A DNA stretch of 64,000 nt from Planctomycetota bacterium (GTDB lineage Bacteria > Planctomycetota > UBA1135 > GCA-002686595), in NCBI GenBank assembly GCA_020638835.1, contig JACKHV010000009.1, forward strand, positions 17,093 through 81,092, read 5' to 3'. Position numbers and translations under genes: made by a program. Below the pieces are notes generated by a model. The model ran no database searches and was not told the DNA's origin. It saw only the letters and a list, made by a program, of their open reading frames with translations. Positions 1 through 10,397 of the stretch are shown here, one piece after another (positions within the stretch are counted from its first letter, which is position 1; every line of letters starts with the position of its first letter).

Positions 1-1
1 G

Positions 2-895
<894 letters not shown>

Positions 896-959
896 ATCGC
901 ACCCGACCGCTCCCCGGATCGCCCGTCGTCACGGCGCATTCGGGGTCCCGCCGTCTCTC

Positions 960-1268
960 ATGACCGACCTCCAATCCACCGCCGAGCTCGCCTCGGAATC
1001 CGGCCGCAAAGGTCCGCTCGGACGCCTGCTGGCCGGCGTGGTGTACTGGATGCCGGTCTGGGTGCCGCTCGGCGTGCTCGCGCAACTCGGCGTGCTCGGC
1101 CTGAAGCCCGCGCTGCGGGAGGACCGTCGGCTCGCGCAGGCGGAGATCCGCCTCGAAGAGCGCCTGCACGGCCTGCGGGAGGAGCGCGACGAGCTCCGGC
1201 AGCAGCTCGACTCCTTTTCGGACCCGATCTTCCGCGAGCGGCTGCGTCGCATCCGCGACGCGGAGTAG
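960..1268 (+). CDS. ftsB: Septum formation initiator FtsB/DivIC-like small membrane coiled-coil protein
   Basis: ATG 960 inside ORF 804-1268; ~102 aa. One TM helix (LLAGVVYWMPVWVPLGVLAQLGVLGL) followed by a coiled coil (RLAQAEIRLEERLHGLREERDELRQQL). The position directly downstream of eno matches the common eno-ftsB synteny. Call is from architecture and synteny, not alignment. Confidence 0.6.
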   Translation: MTDLQSTAELASESGRKGPLGRLLAGVVYWMPVWVPLGVLAQLGVLGLKPALREDRRLAQAEIRLEERLHGLREERDELRQQLDSFSDPIFRERLRRIRDAE

Positions 1269-1377
1269 GTCCGTGCCGGGGTGTCCCCCGCGAGCGGGGC
1301 GCCGGAGTGCGCCGCGGGGCCCTTTTCGGCGATTTCGAGCCCATTTCGGGCCGTTCCTGAGCCATTCTGGGCCCGGA

Positions 1378-3417
1378 ATGCGCCTCTTCCGCTCGCTCCT
1401 GATCTGTGCCGCCGCCGCGTGGTTCGCCGCCCCCGGGCTCGCCCAGGCGTCGAACGACACCTACCTGCCGCGCTCGCGCGAGGCCGAGGCGGCGCTGGTG
1501 CGCGGCGACCAGGCCTGGCTGCGCCGCGGCACGGACGAAGCGGCACTGCGCGCCGCGCTCGAGGCCTGGTACCAGGCGCTCGCCGAAACGGACTCCCCCG
1601 CCGAGGTGCGGCTCGACCTGACGCAGCTCGCCGACGACGAGACGCGGAATCCGTGGCGCGACCCGCACTTCGAGGCGGGAAGGCGCAGCGAGTCGGTCGA
1701 GCTCGCGGTGATCCGCCGCCTGACGCAGGCCGGCCCGGAAGTGCGCGACCGTTGGCGCGCGCGCTTCGGCGAGTTGGCGGAAGCCGCGGCGTCGAGCGAT
1801 TCGTCGGAAGACTGGGCGCGCGCCGAAGCCGACCACCCGGGGACGCGCGGCGCCTTCCGCGCGGCGCTGCGACTCGCCGAGCGCAGCCTCGAAGAAGGCC
1901 GACGAGTCGGTGCGCGTTGTTGGCTCGCGCGCGCGGCAGTGCACCTCGATCTCGGCGCGGGTTCGCAAGCCGACCGCGACGCGCTGCAGCGTCGCCGTGA
2001 ACGGCTCGACCTCGCCTTCGGTCCGCGACCGGCGGGGACCGCGACCGCCGACGCGCTGCGCAACGCGCGCGGACTCGAGCTGCGCCACGTCATGCAGCTG
2101 CAGTTCGTCGACGGCGGACGACCGGGGATCACGCGCTTGTCGCACGGTCAGGTTCTGATCCAGGGCCGCGGCTTCGACCGCGGACTCGACATCGTCTGGG
2201 AAGTCGGCGAGAGCGGCATCGGTCGCCCCTTCGAGCCGTGGAAGCTGCTCGACGAACAAGCTCTGCTGTACGGCGAGAACCGCCGCGGTCCGGGCGAGGA
2301 CTGGAACTTCCAACCGCTCGCCGACGGCGCGTCCGCGATCATGGTGCTCGGTCGCGCGGAGGACCTGCGCGGCTTCGAAGAGCGCTCGAACACCGTCGCG
2401 CGCATGCTCCCGCCCTCGGGGCCGAAGCCGGGCGTGCTCGAGTGGGCGCTCGGTCCGTCGGGGCTGTGGACCGCCGATGATGGGATCGTCGCGAGCCTCG
2501 AGGAGCTGCTCGGCGCCGGTCTGTGGGAGTTCCAGCCCGAACCGCTGCTCTCCGAGGACTGCTTGATCCTGCAGGCGCGCCAGTGGAAGCAGGAGCGCGA
2601 CGAAGCCGGTCGCTTGCGCATCTCCGCGCAAGGCGAAGCGCGCGCGTGGGCGCTCGCGCTCGACCGCCGCAGCGGCCGCGTGATCTGGAAGCACGAGCTG
2701 GGCCGCGGATCGGAACCGCGCGCCGACGCCGGCATCCCGATCACCGCGATGCGGCGCGTGCGCACGCCCGCCTCGCCGCCGGTCGCCGTCGAGGGCGGAC
2801 GCGTGTTCTGCGGCACGCAGCTCGGCGTCGGCGCCTTGCTCGACCTCGAGGACGGACGCCTGCTCTGGTCGTACCTCAACCCGCGGCGCGACGCGGACGC
2901 GACGGGCTGGAGCGCGCTGCCGTCGCCGCGCGCCGTCGCGAGCACCGAAGCCGCGCCGCCGACGATCGTCTGGGCTCCGGCCGACGGCGACCGCCTGCTC
3001 TGGCTGCGCGGCGCGCCCGATCCCGCGGGCGAAGGGCTGCAAGTCTTCCCCTCGCTCGCGCGCGAGGACGCGGAAGCGCTGCTCGGCGCCGACGCGCGCG
3101 AAGCTCTGATCCTGACGCGCTACGGCCCGCACTTCACCCTCGCCGCCTACCGCCCCGCGACCGGCGAACGCCTCGACGCGATCGACCTCGGCCGCGACGA
3201 AGAACCGCTCACCGACCTCTTGTGGTCGGACGACCGAGCGCTCTTCGCCTCCGACCGCGCGCTCTACCTCTTCGACCGCCGCCGCGAGCTCTACTTGCTC
3301 GAAGCCTTCCCGCTGCCGCAGACCGCGCCGCCGAACACGGGCCGCTTGCTGACGCGCGGCGGGAACGTGCAGCTGTTGACGCCGGAGGGGCTGTGGACGT
3401 TCGCCGTGGTGCGGTGA
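1378..3417 (+). CDS. Exported PQQ-like (BamB-like) beta-propeller repeat protein; shorter paralog of the 12769-17322 protein
   Basis: ATG 1378 gives the signal peptide MRLFRSLLICAAAAWFAAPGLAQA. Propeller-type turns are present (SGRVIWKHE, DGRLLWSYL). Segment SPPVAVEGGRVFCGTQLGVGALLDLEDGRLLWSYL aligns with APPVRVEGDRVICLTQLGTLASLDLFTGALQWETL of the 1517-aa protein. Confidence 0.6.
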   Translation: MRLFRSLLICAAAAWFAAPGLAQASNDTYLPRSREAEAALVRGDQAWLRRGTDEAALRAALEAWYQALAETDSPAEVRLDLTQLADDETRNPWRDPHFEAGRRSESVELAVIRRLTQAGPEVRDRWRARFGELAEAAASSDSSEDWARAEADHPGTRGAFRAALRLAERSLEEGRRVGARCWLARAAVHLDLGAGSQADRDALQRRRERLDLAFGPRPAGTATADALRNARGLELRHVMQLQFVDGGRPGITRLSHGQVLIQGRGFDRGLDIVWEVGESGIGRPFEPWKLLDEQALLYGENRRGPGEDWNFQPLADGASAIMVLGRAEDLRGFEERSNTVARMLPPSGPKPGVLEWALGPSGLWTADDGIVASLEELLGAGLWEFQPEPLLSEDCLILQARQWKQERDEAGRLRISAQGEARAWALALDRRSGRVIWKHELGRGSEPRADAGIPITAMRRVRTPASPPVAVEGGRVFCGTQLGVGALLDLEDGRLLWSYLNPRRDADATGWSALPSPRAVASTEAAPPTIVWAPADGDRLLWLRGAPDPAGEGLQVFPSLAREDAEALLGADAREALILTRYGPHFTLAAYRPATGERLDAIDLGRDEEPLTDLLWSDDRALFASDRALYLFDRRRELYLLEAFPLPQTAPPNTGRLLTRGGNVQLLTPEGLWTFAVVR

Positions 3418-3785
3418 TGCGGCTCCGCTGGGCCGCCTTCGCGATGCTGGCGCTCGCCGCGTGTCGCTCCACGAGCGTCGAGCACCGAACCCAAGGTCTG
3501 CGCGAACTCTACCCGGCGGACACGACGACTCGAGCAGACGTGCGGACGAGCTTGGGAGGAGGGCCGATCCTCTCGGTCACGCGCCCCGAAGCCGGCTGGG
3601 AGTCGTGTTCCGACGTCGATGTCGCGAACCGCGCTGACGACGTCGCCATGGAGACGGGACGACAGGTCGAACTCGTCGAGCGCTACATTCTCCCGGACGG
3701 GCTCTTCGGCCTGTGCTACTGCTGGTTCTTCTACGACGAGGACGATCGCGTCGTGGACGTCGCCTGGCAGTACTGCAGTGACTGA
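3417..3785 (+). CDS. Small putative lipoprotein, unknown function
   Basis: ATG 3417 overlaps the upstream TGA (TGATG), indicating translational coupling. MRLRWAAFAMLALAACRS has a lipobox-like LAAC. 122 aa with no domain I recognise. Confidence 0.5.
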   Translation: MRLRWAAFAMLALAACRSTSVEHRTQGLRELYPADTTTRADVRTSLGGGPILSVTRPEAGWESCSDVDVANRADDVAMETGRQVELVERYILPDGLFGLCYCWFFYDEDDRVVDVAWQYCSD

Positions 3786-3798
3786 GTACCGCAGTTGA

Positions 3799-4167
3799 TC
3801 ACGCGCGCTCGAGGTCTTCCGGCTCGATCGTGCGCGCGTCGTCGACGTCCCCCGTCGAGCGCGTCGTGACCGGCTCGAACAGGACGACGCTCGCGACGCC
3901 CCGCGCCGACGGCTTGTGCTCCACGCCGCGCGGCACGATCACGAACTCGCCCGCGTCGAGGCCGATCGTGCGGTCGCGCAGGTGGATGTCGACGTGGCCC
4001 TCGACCACGAGGAACAGCTCGTCCTCCGCGGCGTGCGCGTGCCAGACGTAGTCGCCCTCGAACTTGGCGAGCTTGACATACTGGCCGTTCAGCTCGCCCG
4101 CGATCTTGGGAGTCCAGGGCGCGGTGACGGAGGCGAACGCATCGCGCAGGTTCACTCTCTGGATCAT
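3799..4167 (-). CDS. Cupin domain protein
   Basis: ATG at 4167 (MIQRVNLRDAF...). Two-motif cupin core: YVWHAHAAEDELFLVVEGHVDIHL ... GEFVIVPRGVEHKP. 122 aa. Confidence 0.8.
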   Translation of the reverse strand: MIQRVNLRDAFASVTAPWTPKIAGELNGQYVKLAKFEGDYVWHAHAAEDELFLVVEGHVDIHLRDRTIGLDAGEFVIVPRGVEHKPSARGVASVVLFEPVTTRSTGDVDDARTIEPEDLERA

Positions 4168-4279
4168 CCGCACAGTGCTGCACAACCGGCTGGCGCCTCG
4201 CAACGATCTTGTGCCGAACGGCCGTCGGCGCTCGAACCGCAGCGCCTCGAGCGACCTGATGCTGCGACGCACTAGCACG

Positions 4280-4999
4280 CTACAGCGCCGGCACTTCGCC
4301 CAAACCGATCGCCGGGTAGTACTGCTTCCAGCCCGACCGGATCTTCCAACCCGCCTCGGCCACGATCGCTCCCTCCGCACCCGCATCCAGGTCCGCCCCA
4401 CGCCCCACCCAGCCGTCGAAGTAGCGCCCCGACGAGAACCAGTCGGGGTCTAACGAAGCGCCGCCCGGCGACGCGAGTTCCATGTGCTTCAAGTGATTGT
4501 TCAGCACGTAGCGCAGCACGTTGCGCACCTGACGCAGCGAACGCAATGCGCGGTCGTGGAAGCGCTCTACGAACACGCGCCCGCGTCGACGCCACAGCTT
4601 GTTCAAGGTGCGAGCGATGCGACACGTGAGTCCCTTCATGCCGCCCGCCAACGCCGCGCGGTCGTCAGCTTCGACGATCAGGTGCATGTGATTCGACTGG
4701 ATCGAGTAGTGGACGATCCGAAAGCTCCGGCGTTGCGCTGCACCGATGCAGTCCGTGACCGCGTTCCCGAACCGCTTCGTGCGCAGCCGCGGCAAGCCTC
4801 GCGCGAGCTTCAGCGTCACGAGTCTCGGGTCGTGCTTCGACACCGGCTCGCGCGGTGCATGCGCAACTCCGTCCCGGCGCTTGCGTCGCCCCGCGTTCTT
4901 GCGTCGCCCCGCGTTCTTGCGTCGCCCCGCGTTCTTGCGACGTCCACCCCACCGCGGTTGCTCGGAAAACTCCAGCTCGTTCTGCGTCGCTCGGTGCAC
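4280..4999 (-). CDS. Y1/HUH tyrosine transposase-like protein (IS200/Transposase_17 fold, REP-associated RAYT type), copy 1
   Basis: HUH motif HYSIQSNHMHLIVEA, catalytic-Tyr helix VRNVLRYVLNNHLKH, basic N-terminus WGGRRKNAGRRK. Start placed at GTG 4997-4999 (VHRATQNELEF...) because the paralog at 46097-46834 has a GTG at the same aligned position. The open frame continues to ATG 5227, so the start is uncertain. Confidence 0.8.
   Translation of the reverse strand: MHRATQNELEFSEQPRWGGRRKNAGRRKNAGRRKNAGRRKRRDGVAHAPREPVSKHDPRLVTLKLARGLPRLRTKRFGNAVTDCIGAAQRRSFRIVHYSIQSNHMHLIVEADDRAALAGGMKGLTCRIARTLNKLWRRRGRVFVERFHDRALRSLRQVRNVLRYVLNNHLKHMELASPGGASLDPDWFSSGRYFDGWVGRGADLDAGAEGAIVAEAGWKIRSGWKQYYPAIGLGEVPAL
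4881..4934. repeat. Perfect 18-bp x3 tandem repeat (TTGCGTCGCCCCGCGTTC) inside the RAYT-like gene
   Basis: Read directly at 4881-4898, 4899-4916 and 4917-4934, followed by a partial fourth unit. In frame, encoding GRRKNA x3. The paralog at 46097 lacks the repetition. Confidence 0.95.
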
Positions 5000-5028
5000 G
5001 TTGTATAGAACGACCTGGGAGGCGAGAG

Positions 5029-5075
5029 GTTCGCGATAAGTGCCGCATTCTTGCTCTATTCCCGCAATGGATGCA
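5029..5075 (-). repeat. Conserved 47-nt leader upstream of RAYT-like copy 1 (matches 46864-46910)
   Basis: GTTCGCGATAAGTGCCGCATTCTTGCTCTATTCCCGCAATGGATGCA versus GTTCGCGATAAGTGCCGGATTCTTGCGCTATTCGCCGAATGGACGCA: 41/47 identical by hand alignment, with the same orientation and distance from the GTG start. Confidence 0.8.
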
Positions 5076-5164
5076 GACGTGGTGATGCGTGCCCATTCTT
5101 GAAAGCGGCGCTCTTCTTGGTCAACGGGATCGGCGCGCCCTTCCGCGCTACTGTTCCGCACCGG

Positions 5165-5187
5165 AAGGGCTCCGGTCCGCGCAGCTC
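5165..5187. repeat. REP-like 23-nt motif AAGGGCTCCGGTCCGCGCAGCTC, related to the arm of the 233-bp elements at 46994/47506
   Basis: 21/23 identical to AAGGGCTCCGCTCCGCGCGGCTC at 47031-47053. Both lie on the same side and in the same orientation, 166 and 197 nt upstream of the respective RAYT-like GTG. Confidence 0.6.
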
Positions 5188-5453
5188 CCACGAAGAACGG
5201 CTCGGCACGGTCGAGCGTTCGAACCACCCTGAGTCTGGTGTCTACTAGATCGGGGGAAGCTCAAACCACGCCGCGATGTCATTGTCTGGCTGCCGCCGCA
5301 CGACACCTGCGCTTCCACCCGACCGTGCCGTTCACCTCGTCGTCCCCTCTCTTCCGTTCGAAGCCCTCCGGGAAGCCGCCGACCGCGCCGCGCCTCTTCA
5401 GCGGAACGGGAAGCTGAGTTCGCCGGCCCGTTTCTCTCGGTCGAGGCTCGAGA

Positions 5454-5882
5454 TCACACGGGCGCGTTCGACTCGCGTCGAACGGCCTCTGGTGCGAGCA
5501 GGATCGCGACGAAGGCGCAGATGCCGACCGCGACCAAGAAGTGATCCAGGTGCAGGAGGTCATCGTCCGCACCGAAGCCCAGGACTGCGAACGCGAGCAC
5601 GAGGCTGCTCGCCAGACGCGCGCTTCGCAGGACGGTGAGGCTCAGACCTCTGCGGTCCTTGATCGCAAGGCCGAGGAACAGGAGAGAGAAGAGGATCGGC
5701 CCGTACACGTCCTCGCACTGGATCCAAACCGACAGTTCGCTCCCACGTTGGGGGTGGCCACCCAACTTGAGAAGGGACCGGTGGATGAAAGCGAAGGAGA
5801 GCGAGAGCAGGCCCGCGAGCGAAGCAGAGAAGGCGATCTTCGCGGCGAGCTTCAGGACGCGGTTCTGGATGCGGTCGATCAT
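5454..5882 (-). CDS. Small integral membrane protein, unknown function
   Basis: ATG at 5882 (MIDRIQNRVLKLAAKIAFSASLAGLLSLSFAFI...). About four hydrophobic helices. Hand-counted GC is about 60-63% over 5641-5880, lower than its neighbours. Confidence 0.5.
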   Translation of the reverse strand: MIDRIQNRVLKLAAKIAFSASLAGLLSLSFAFIHRSLLKLGGHPQRGSELSVWIQCEDVYGPILFSLLFLGLAIKDRRGLSLTVLRSARLASSLVLAFAVLGFGADDDLLHLDHFLVAVGICAFVAILLAPEAVRRESNAPV

Positions 5883-6219
5883 GATTCGGGGCAGCCTAGC
5901 ACCGCTGGCCGCACGCAGGTCGGAGCCGTGGCCCCCCCGAGCGCGCCGATGTGTGACCCCGACCCCGCCACACACCCCCATTTAACGGGGCGCCCCCTCG
6001 CACCCCGGCCCGGGATCCGTAGGCTGGCGGACCCCGCCGGGAGGACCGTGGCCGGAACCCCGGACGGGTCTAGCAGGGAAGGATCGCCCGTCTTATCGGT
6101 CCTTTCCGGCGGATGCTCCCGACGGAGCTGGATCCCGGGGCCCTCGTCAGCCGAAGAGGGACCGGGGTCCTCGTCGATCTCTCCCCCGATTCGCCCACCC
6201 AGCTCGAAGGCAGAAGCAC

Positions 6220-7245
<1,026 letters not shown>

Positions 7246-7263
7246 GTCCGCGGAAGGCTGATC

Positions 7264-8175
7264 TTGGCGGAAGGACGCTTTTCGACCTTCGACCCGGCGG
7301 TGCTCGACCGCCTGGCCGGTCTCAGCCTCGTGGCGCGCACGGTGGTCGAGGGCTTCATGTCCGGACACCACCGCTCGCCCCACGCGGGCAGCTCCGTGGA
7401 GTTCTCGCAGTACCGCGAGTACGTGCCCGGCGACGAGCTGAAGCGCATCGACTGGAAAGTCTTCGCGCGCTCGGACCGGCTCGTCGTCAAGGAGTTCATC
7501 GAGGAGACGAACCTCGCGCTGCACCTGCTCGTCGACGCGTCGGAGTCGATGGCCTACGGCTCGCTCGACTGGACGAAGTTCGACTACGCGCGCTGGTGCG
7601 CCGCGGCGCTCGGTCAGCTCACGCTGATGCAACGCGACACCGTCGGCCTCGTGCTCTTCGACGACCAGCACAAGAAGCGCGTCTCCCCCGGCAACGGCGC
7701 GCCGCAACAGAAGGCGATCATCGACCTGCTCGAGGGCGCGACCGCGGACGGTCCGACCGGCATCGGCAAGGTGCTGAACTGGCTCGGCACGCGACTCTCG
7801 CGCCGCGGCATCGTCGCGGTCTTCTCCGACTTCTTCGACGACCCCGAACAGATCGTCGGCGGACTGCGCCGCCTGAAGTTCGCCGGCCACGAACCGATCC
7901 TGTTCCAGATCCTCGATCCGCAGGAACTGCGCTTCGACTTCGGCAACCAGATCAAGCTCGAAGGGCTCGAGGCCGCCGGCGCGCTGCGCGTCGACGCGAA
8001 GGCGATCCGCGCGGAGTACCTCGCCGAGATCGAGCGGCACAACGACGCCCTCGCGCGCGAGGCGTCCTCGCTGAACATCGACATCGTGCGCATCGACACT
8101 TCGCAGCCGCTGGACGCGGTGCTGTCGACCTACCTCGCGCACCGTAGCTCGCGCGTCCGCGGAGGTCGTCGCTGA
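7264..8175 (+). CDS. DUF58 family protein (vWA-like), MoxR partner
   Basis: TTG start 7264. HHRSPHAGSSVEFSQYREYVPGDELKRIDWKVFARSDRLVVKEFIEE is the DUF58 signature. The position after MoxR is typical. Confidence 0.88.
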   Translation: MAEGRFSTFDPAVLDRLAGLSLVARTVVEGFMSGHHRSPHAGSSVEFSQYREYVPGDELKRIDWKVFARSDRLVVKEFIEETNLALHLLVDASESMAYGSLDWTKFDYARWCAAALGQLTLMQRDTVGLVLFDDQHKKRVSPGNGAPQQKAIIDLLEGATADGPTGIGKVLNWLGTRLSRRGIVAVFSDFFDDPEQIVGGLRRLKFAGHEPILFQILDPQELRFDFGNQIKLEGLEAAGALRVDAKAIRAEYLAEIERHNDALAREASSLNIDIVRIDTSQPLDAVLSTYLAHRSSRVRGGRR

Positions 8176-10397
8176 TGTTCGACGGCTTCACGAACCCCGG
8201 GCTGCTCGCGGGCCTCGCGCTGGCGAGCGTCCCGCTGCTGATCCACCTGTTCAATCGCCAGCGACACAAGCCGATGCGCTGGGCGGCGATGCGCTTCGTC
8301 ATCGCGGCGCAGAAACGCACGCGCCGCCGCGTGCAGCTCGAGAACTGGCTGCTGCTGCTGCTGCGCGTCGCGGGAGTGTTCCTGCTGGCGCTCGCCATCT
8401 CGCGTCCGTTCGTCGGCGCGGACGGCGCACTCTCCGCGCTGACCGAGACGCGCCGCGACGTCGTGCTCGTGCTCGACGCCTCCGCCTCGACGGGCTACCG
8501 CGAGGACGTCGAGACCGTCTTCGACCGCATCCGCGAGCGCGCGTCCGAACTGCTGCGCGAGTTCGACGGCGCGCGCGGCGATCGCGTGCGACTCGTCGTC
8601 GCCGCCGACACGCCGCGCCTGCTCTCGTGGACCGATCCGCGCAAGGCCGCGATGATCGTCGAAAGCCTCGAGCGCCCCGAGGATGAAAGCCTCGACCTCG
8701 AGGCCGCGCTCGCCGAAGTGCTGCGCTACGCCGAAGAGGACGCCGCGGGTTCCGGACAGTCCGCGCTCGAAGTCCGGCTGCTGACCGACTTCCAGGCGCG
8801 CAGCTTCCTGGGCGACGACGGGCACCCCGTCGAGATCGACGAGACGCTGGACGCGCTCGACGGGCTCGGCGTGCGCGTGCTCGTCGAAGACCTCGGCCCC
8901 GTGCTGCCCACGCCGCCGAACCTCTCGATCGACGCGATCGACATCCTCGGCCCCGTCGTCGGCGCCGGCTCCCCCGTCGAAGTGCGCGTGCGCGTCGCGA
9001 ACCACTCGGAGGACGACAAGCGCGGCGTGCGCGTCGCGCTCGAGCTGGACGGCGAACGACGCCCGACCCAGATCGTCGACCTCCCCGCGCGCGGCGCGGG
9101 TGAAGCGGTGTTCCCGGTGATCTTCCGCACGGCGGGCGACCACGCGCTGCGCGCGAGCCTGGAAGGTGACCGCTTGGCCGCCGACGACGTCCGATCGCAC
9201 GTCGCGCGCGTCCCCGAGGCGACGAGTGTGCTCGTCGTGAACGGCTCCCCCGCCGGCGACATCGACCGCGACGCGGTCGGTTACCTGATGGCCGTGCTCG
9301 AGCCCGCGACCAGCGACGACCTCGGCATCGGCGGCGCCTCCGCGCCCTTCCTGCCGCGCGAAGTCACGACCTCCGCGCTCGAGAACGGCGAGGTCGACCT
9401 CGCCGCCTACTCGGTGATCTGGCTGGCCGACGTCTCGTCGCTCTCCGACAACGTCGTCGCGCAGCTCGAGGAACACGTCGCGGCGGGCCACGCGCTGATC
9501 GTCAGCCTCGGGCCGCGCCCGCAGATCGAAGCCTACGAACGCAACCTGCACCGCGCCGACGGCACGGGCCTGCTCCCGGTCACGCTCGGCCCGATCGTCT
9601 CCGTCGCTTCGCGCCGCGAGAACTACTACCGCGCCGCCGAGTTCGACGCGCTGCACCCCGCGCTGCGCTTCTTCGACGACGAGCGCTGGCGCCCGCTGTT
9701 CTCGGAGATGCCCGTCTACGAGTTCGTCTCCACCACGGCCGACCCGACGGCTCGCGTGCTCGCGCGCCTCGACGACGTCGACCGCAGCCCGCTGCTCGTC
9801 GAGCGCCCGTACGACCGCGGCCGCGTGTTCGTCTGGACGACGACCATCTCGCCGCAGTGGACGCTGCTGCCCGCCTCGCCGCGCAGCCTCGTGCCGTTCG
9901 TGCACGAACTCGTGCGCGCGGCGGCGCGGACCACGGAGGAACCGCTGAACCTCGCCCCGCGCGAGAGCTTCGCGGCGGTCGTCGACGGTTTCCCGCGCCG
10001 CGTCGAGCTGATCGGCCCCGACGGCGAAGGACGCAAGACGATCGAGGGCGAGGCGCAGGAGCTGCCCGGCGGCCGCTGGCGGTTGCCGGTGGTCGAAGCC
10101 GACCTGCTCGCGCGAGCGGGTGCCTATCGCCTCGAGTGCGAAGGCACGGACGACGTGCTCGTCGCCGTGCGCCTCGACGCCGCCGAAGGTGACCTCGAAC
10201 GACTCACGCCCGAGGCGCTCGACGCGCTGCATCGCGCACTGTCGCCCTACGATCCCTCCGCCGCGGCGAGCCGCGACGCGGGCGGCATCGGCCAGAAGGG
10301 CGAACTGTGGCGCGGACTCGCGCTCGCGGCCCTCATCGCCCTGATCGCCGAGTCGCTCTGGGGCGCTTGGATCGGCTACCGACGGAGGATCGCCTGA
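8175..10397 (+). CDS. BatA N-terminal double-TM domain + vWA (MIDAS) membrane protein
   Basis: Start overlaps the upstream stop (TGATG). NPGLLAGLALASVPLLIHLFNRQRHKPMRWAAMRFV is the aerotolerance-regulator N-terminal (BatA_N, two-anchor) pattern. VVLVLDASASTGY is a DxSxS MIDAS motif. A C-terminal TM helix is present. Confidence 0.8.
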   Translation: MFDGFTNPGLLAGLALASVPLLIHLFNRQRHKPMRWAAMRFVIAAQKRTRRRVQLENWLLLLLRVAGVFLLALAISRPFVGADGALSALTETRRDVVLVLDASASTGYREDVETVFDRIRERASELLREFDGARGDRVRLVVAADTPRLLSWTDPRKAAMIVESLERPEDESLDLEAALAEVLRYAEEDAAGSGQSALEVRLLTDFQARSFLGDDGHPVEIDETLDALDGLGVRVLVEDLGPVLPTPPNLSIDAIDILGPVVGAGSPVEVRVRVANHSEDDKRGVRVALELDGERRPTQIVDLPARGAGEAVFPVIFRTAGDHALRASLEGDRLAADDVRSHVARVPEATSVLVVNGSPAGDIDRDAVGYLMAVLEPATSDDLGIGGASAPFLPREVTTSALENGEVDLAAYSVIWLADVSSLSDNVVAQLEEHVAAGHALIVSLGPRPQIEAYERNLHRADGTGLLPVTLGPIVSVASRRENYYRAAEFDALHPALRFFDDERWRPLFSEMPVYEFVSTTADPTARVLARLDDVDRSPLLVERPYDRGRVFVWTTTISPQWTLLPASPRSLVPFVHELVRAAARTTEEPLNLAPRESFAAVVDGFPRRVELIGPDGEGRKTIEGEAQELPGGRWRLPVVEADLLARAGAYRLECEGTDDVLVAVRLDAAEGDLERLTPEALDALHRALSPYDPSAAASRDAGGIGQKGELWRGLALAALIALIAESLWGAWIGYRRRIA

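Noticed and set aside
5351-5375. T-arm-like CCGTTCGAAGCCC suggesting a tRNA
   Set aside because: No acceptor, D or anticodon stems can be drawn around it. The flanking complementarity (CTTCC...GGAAG) encloses a 15-nt loop. It is not a tRNA.
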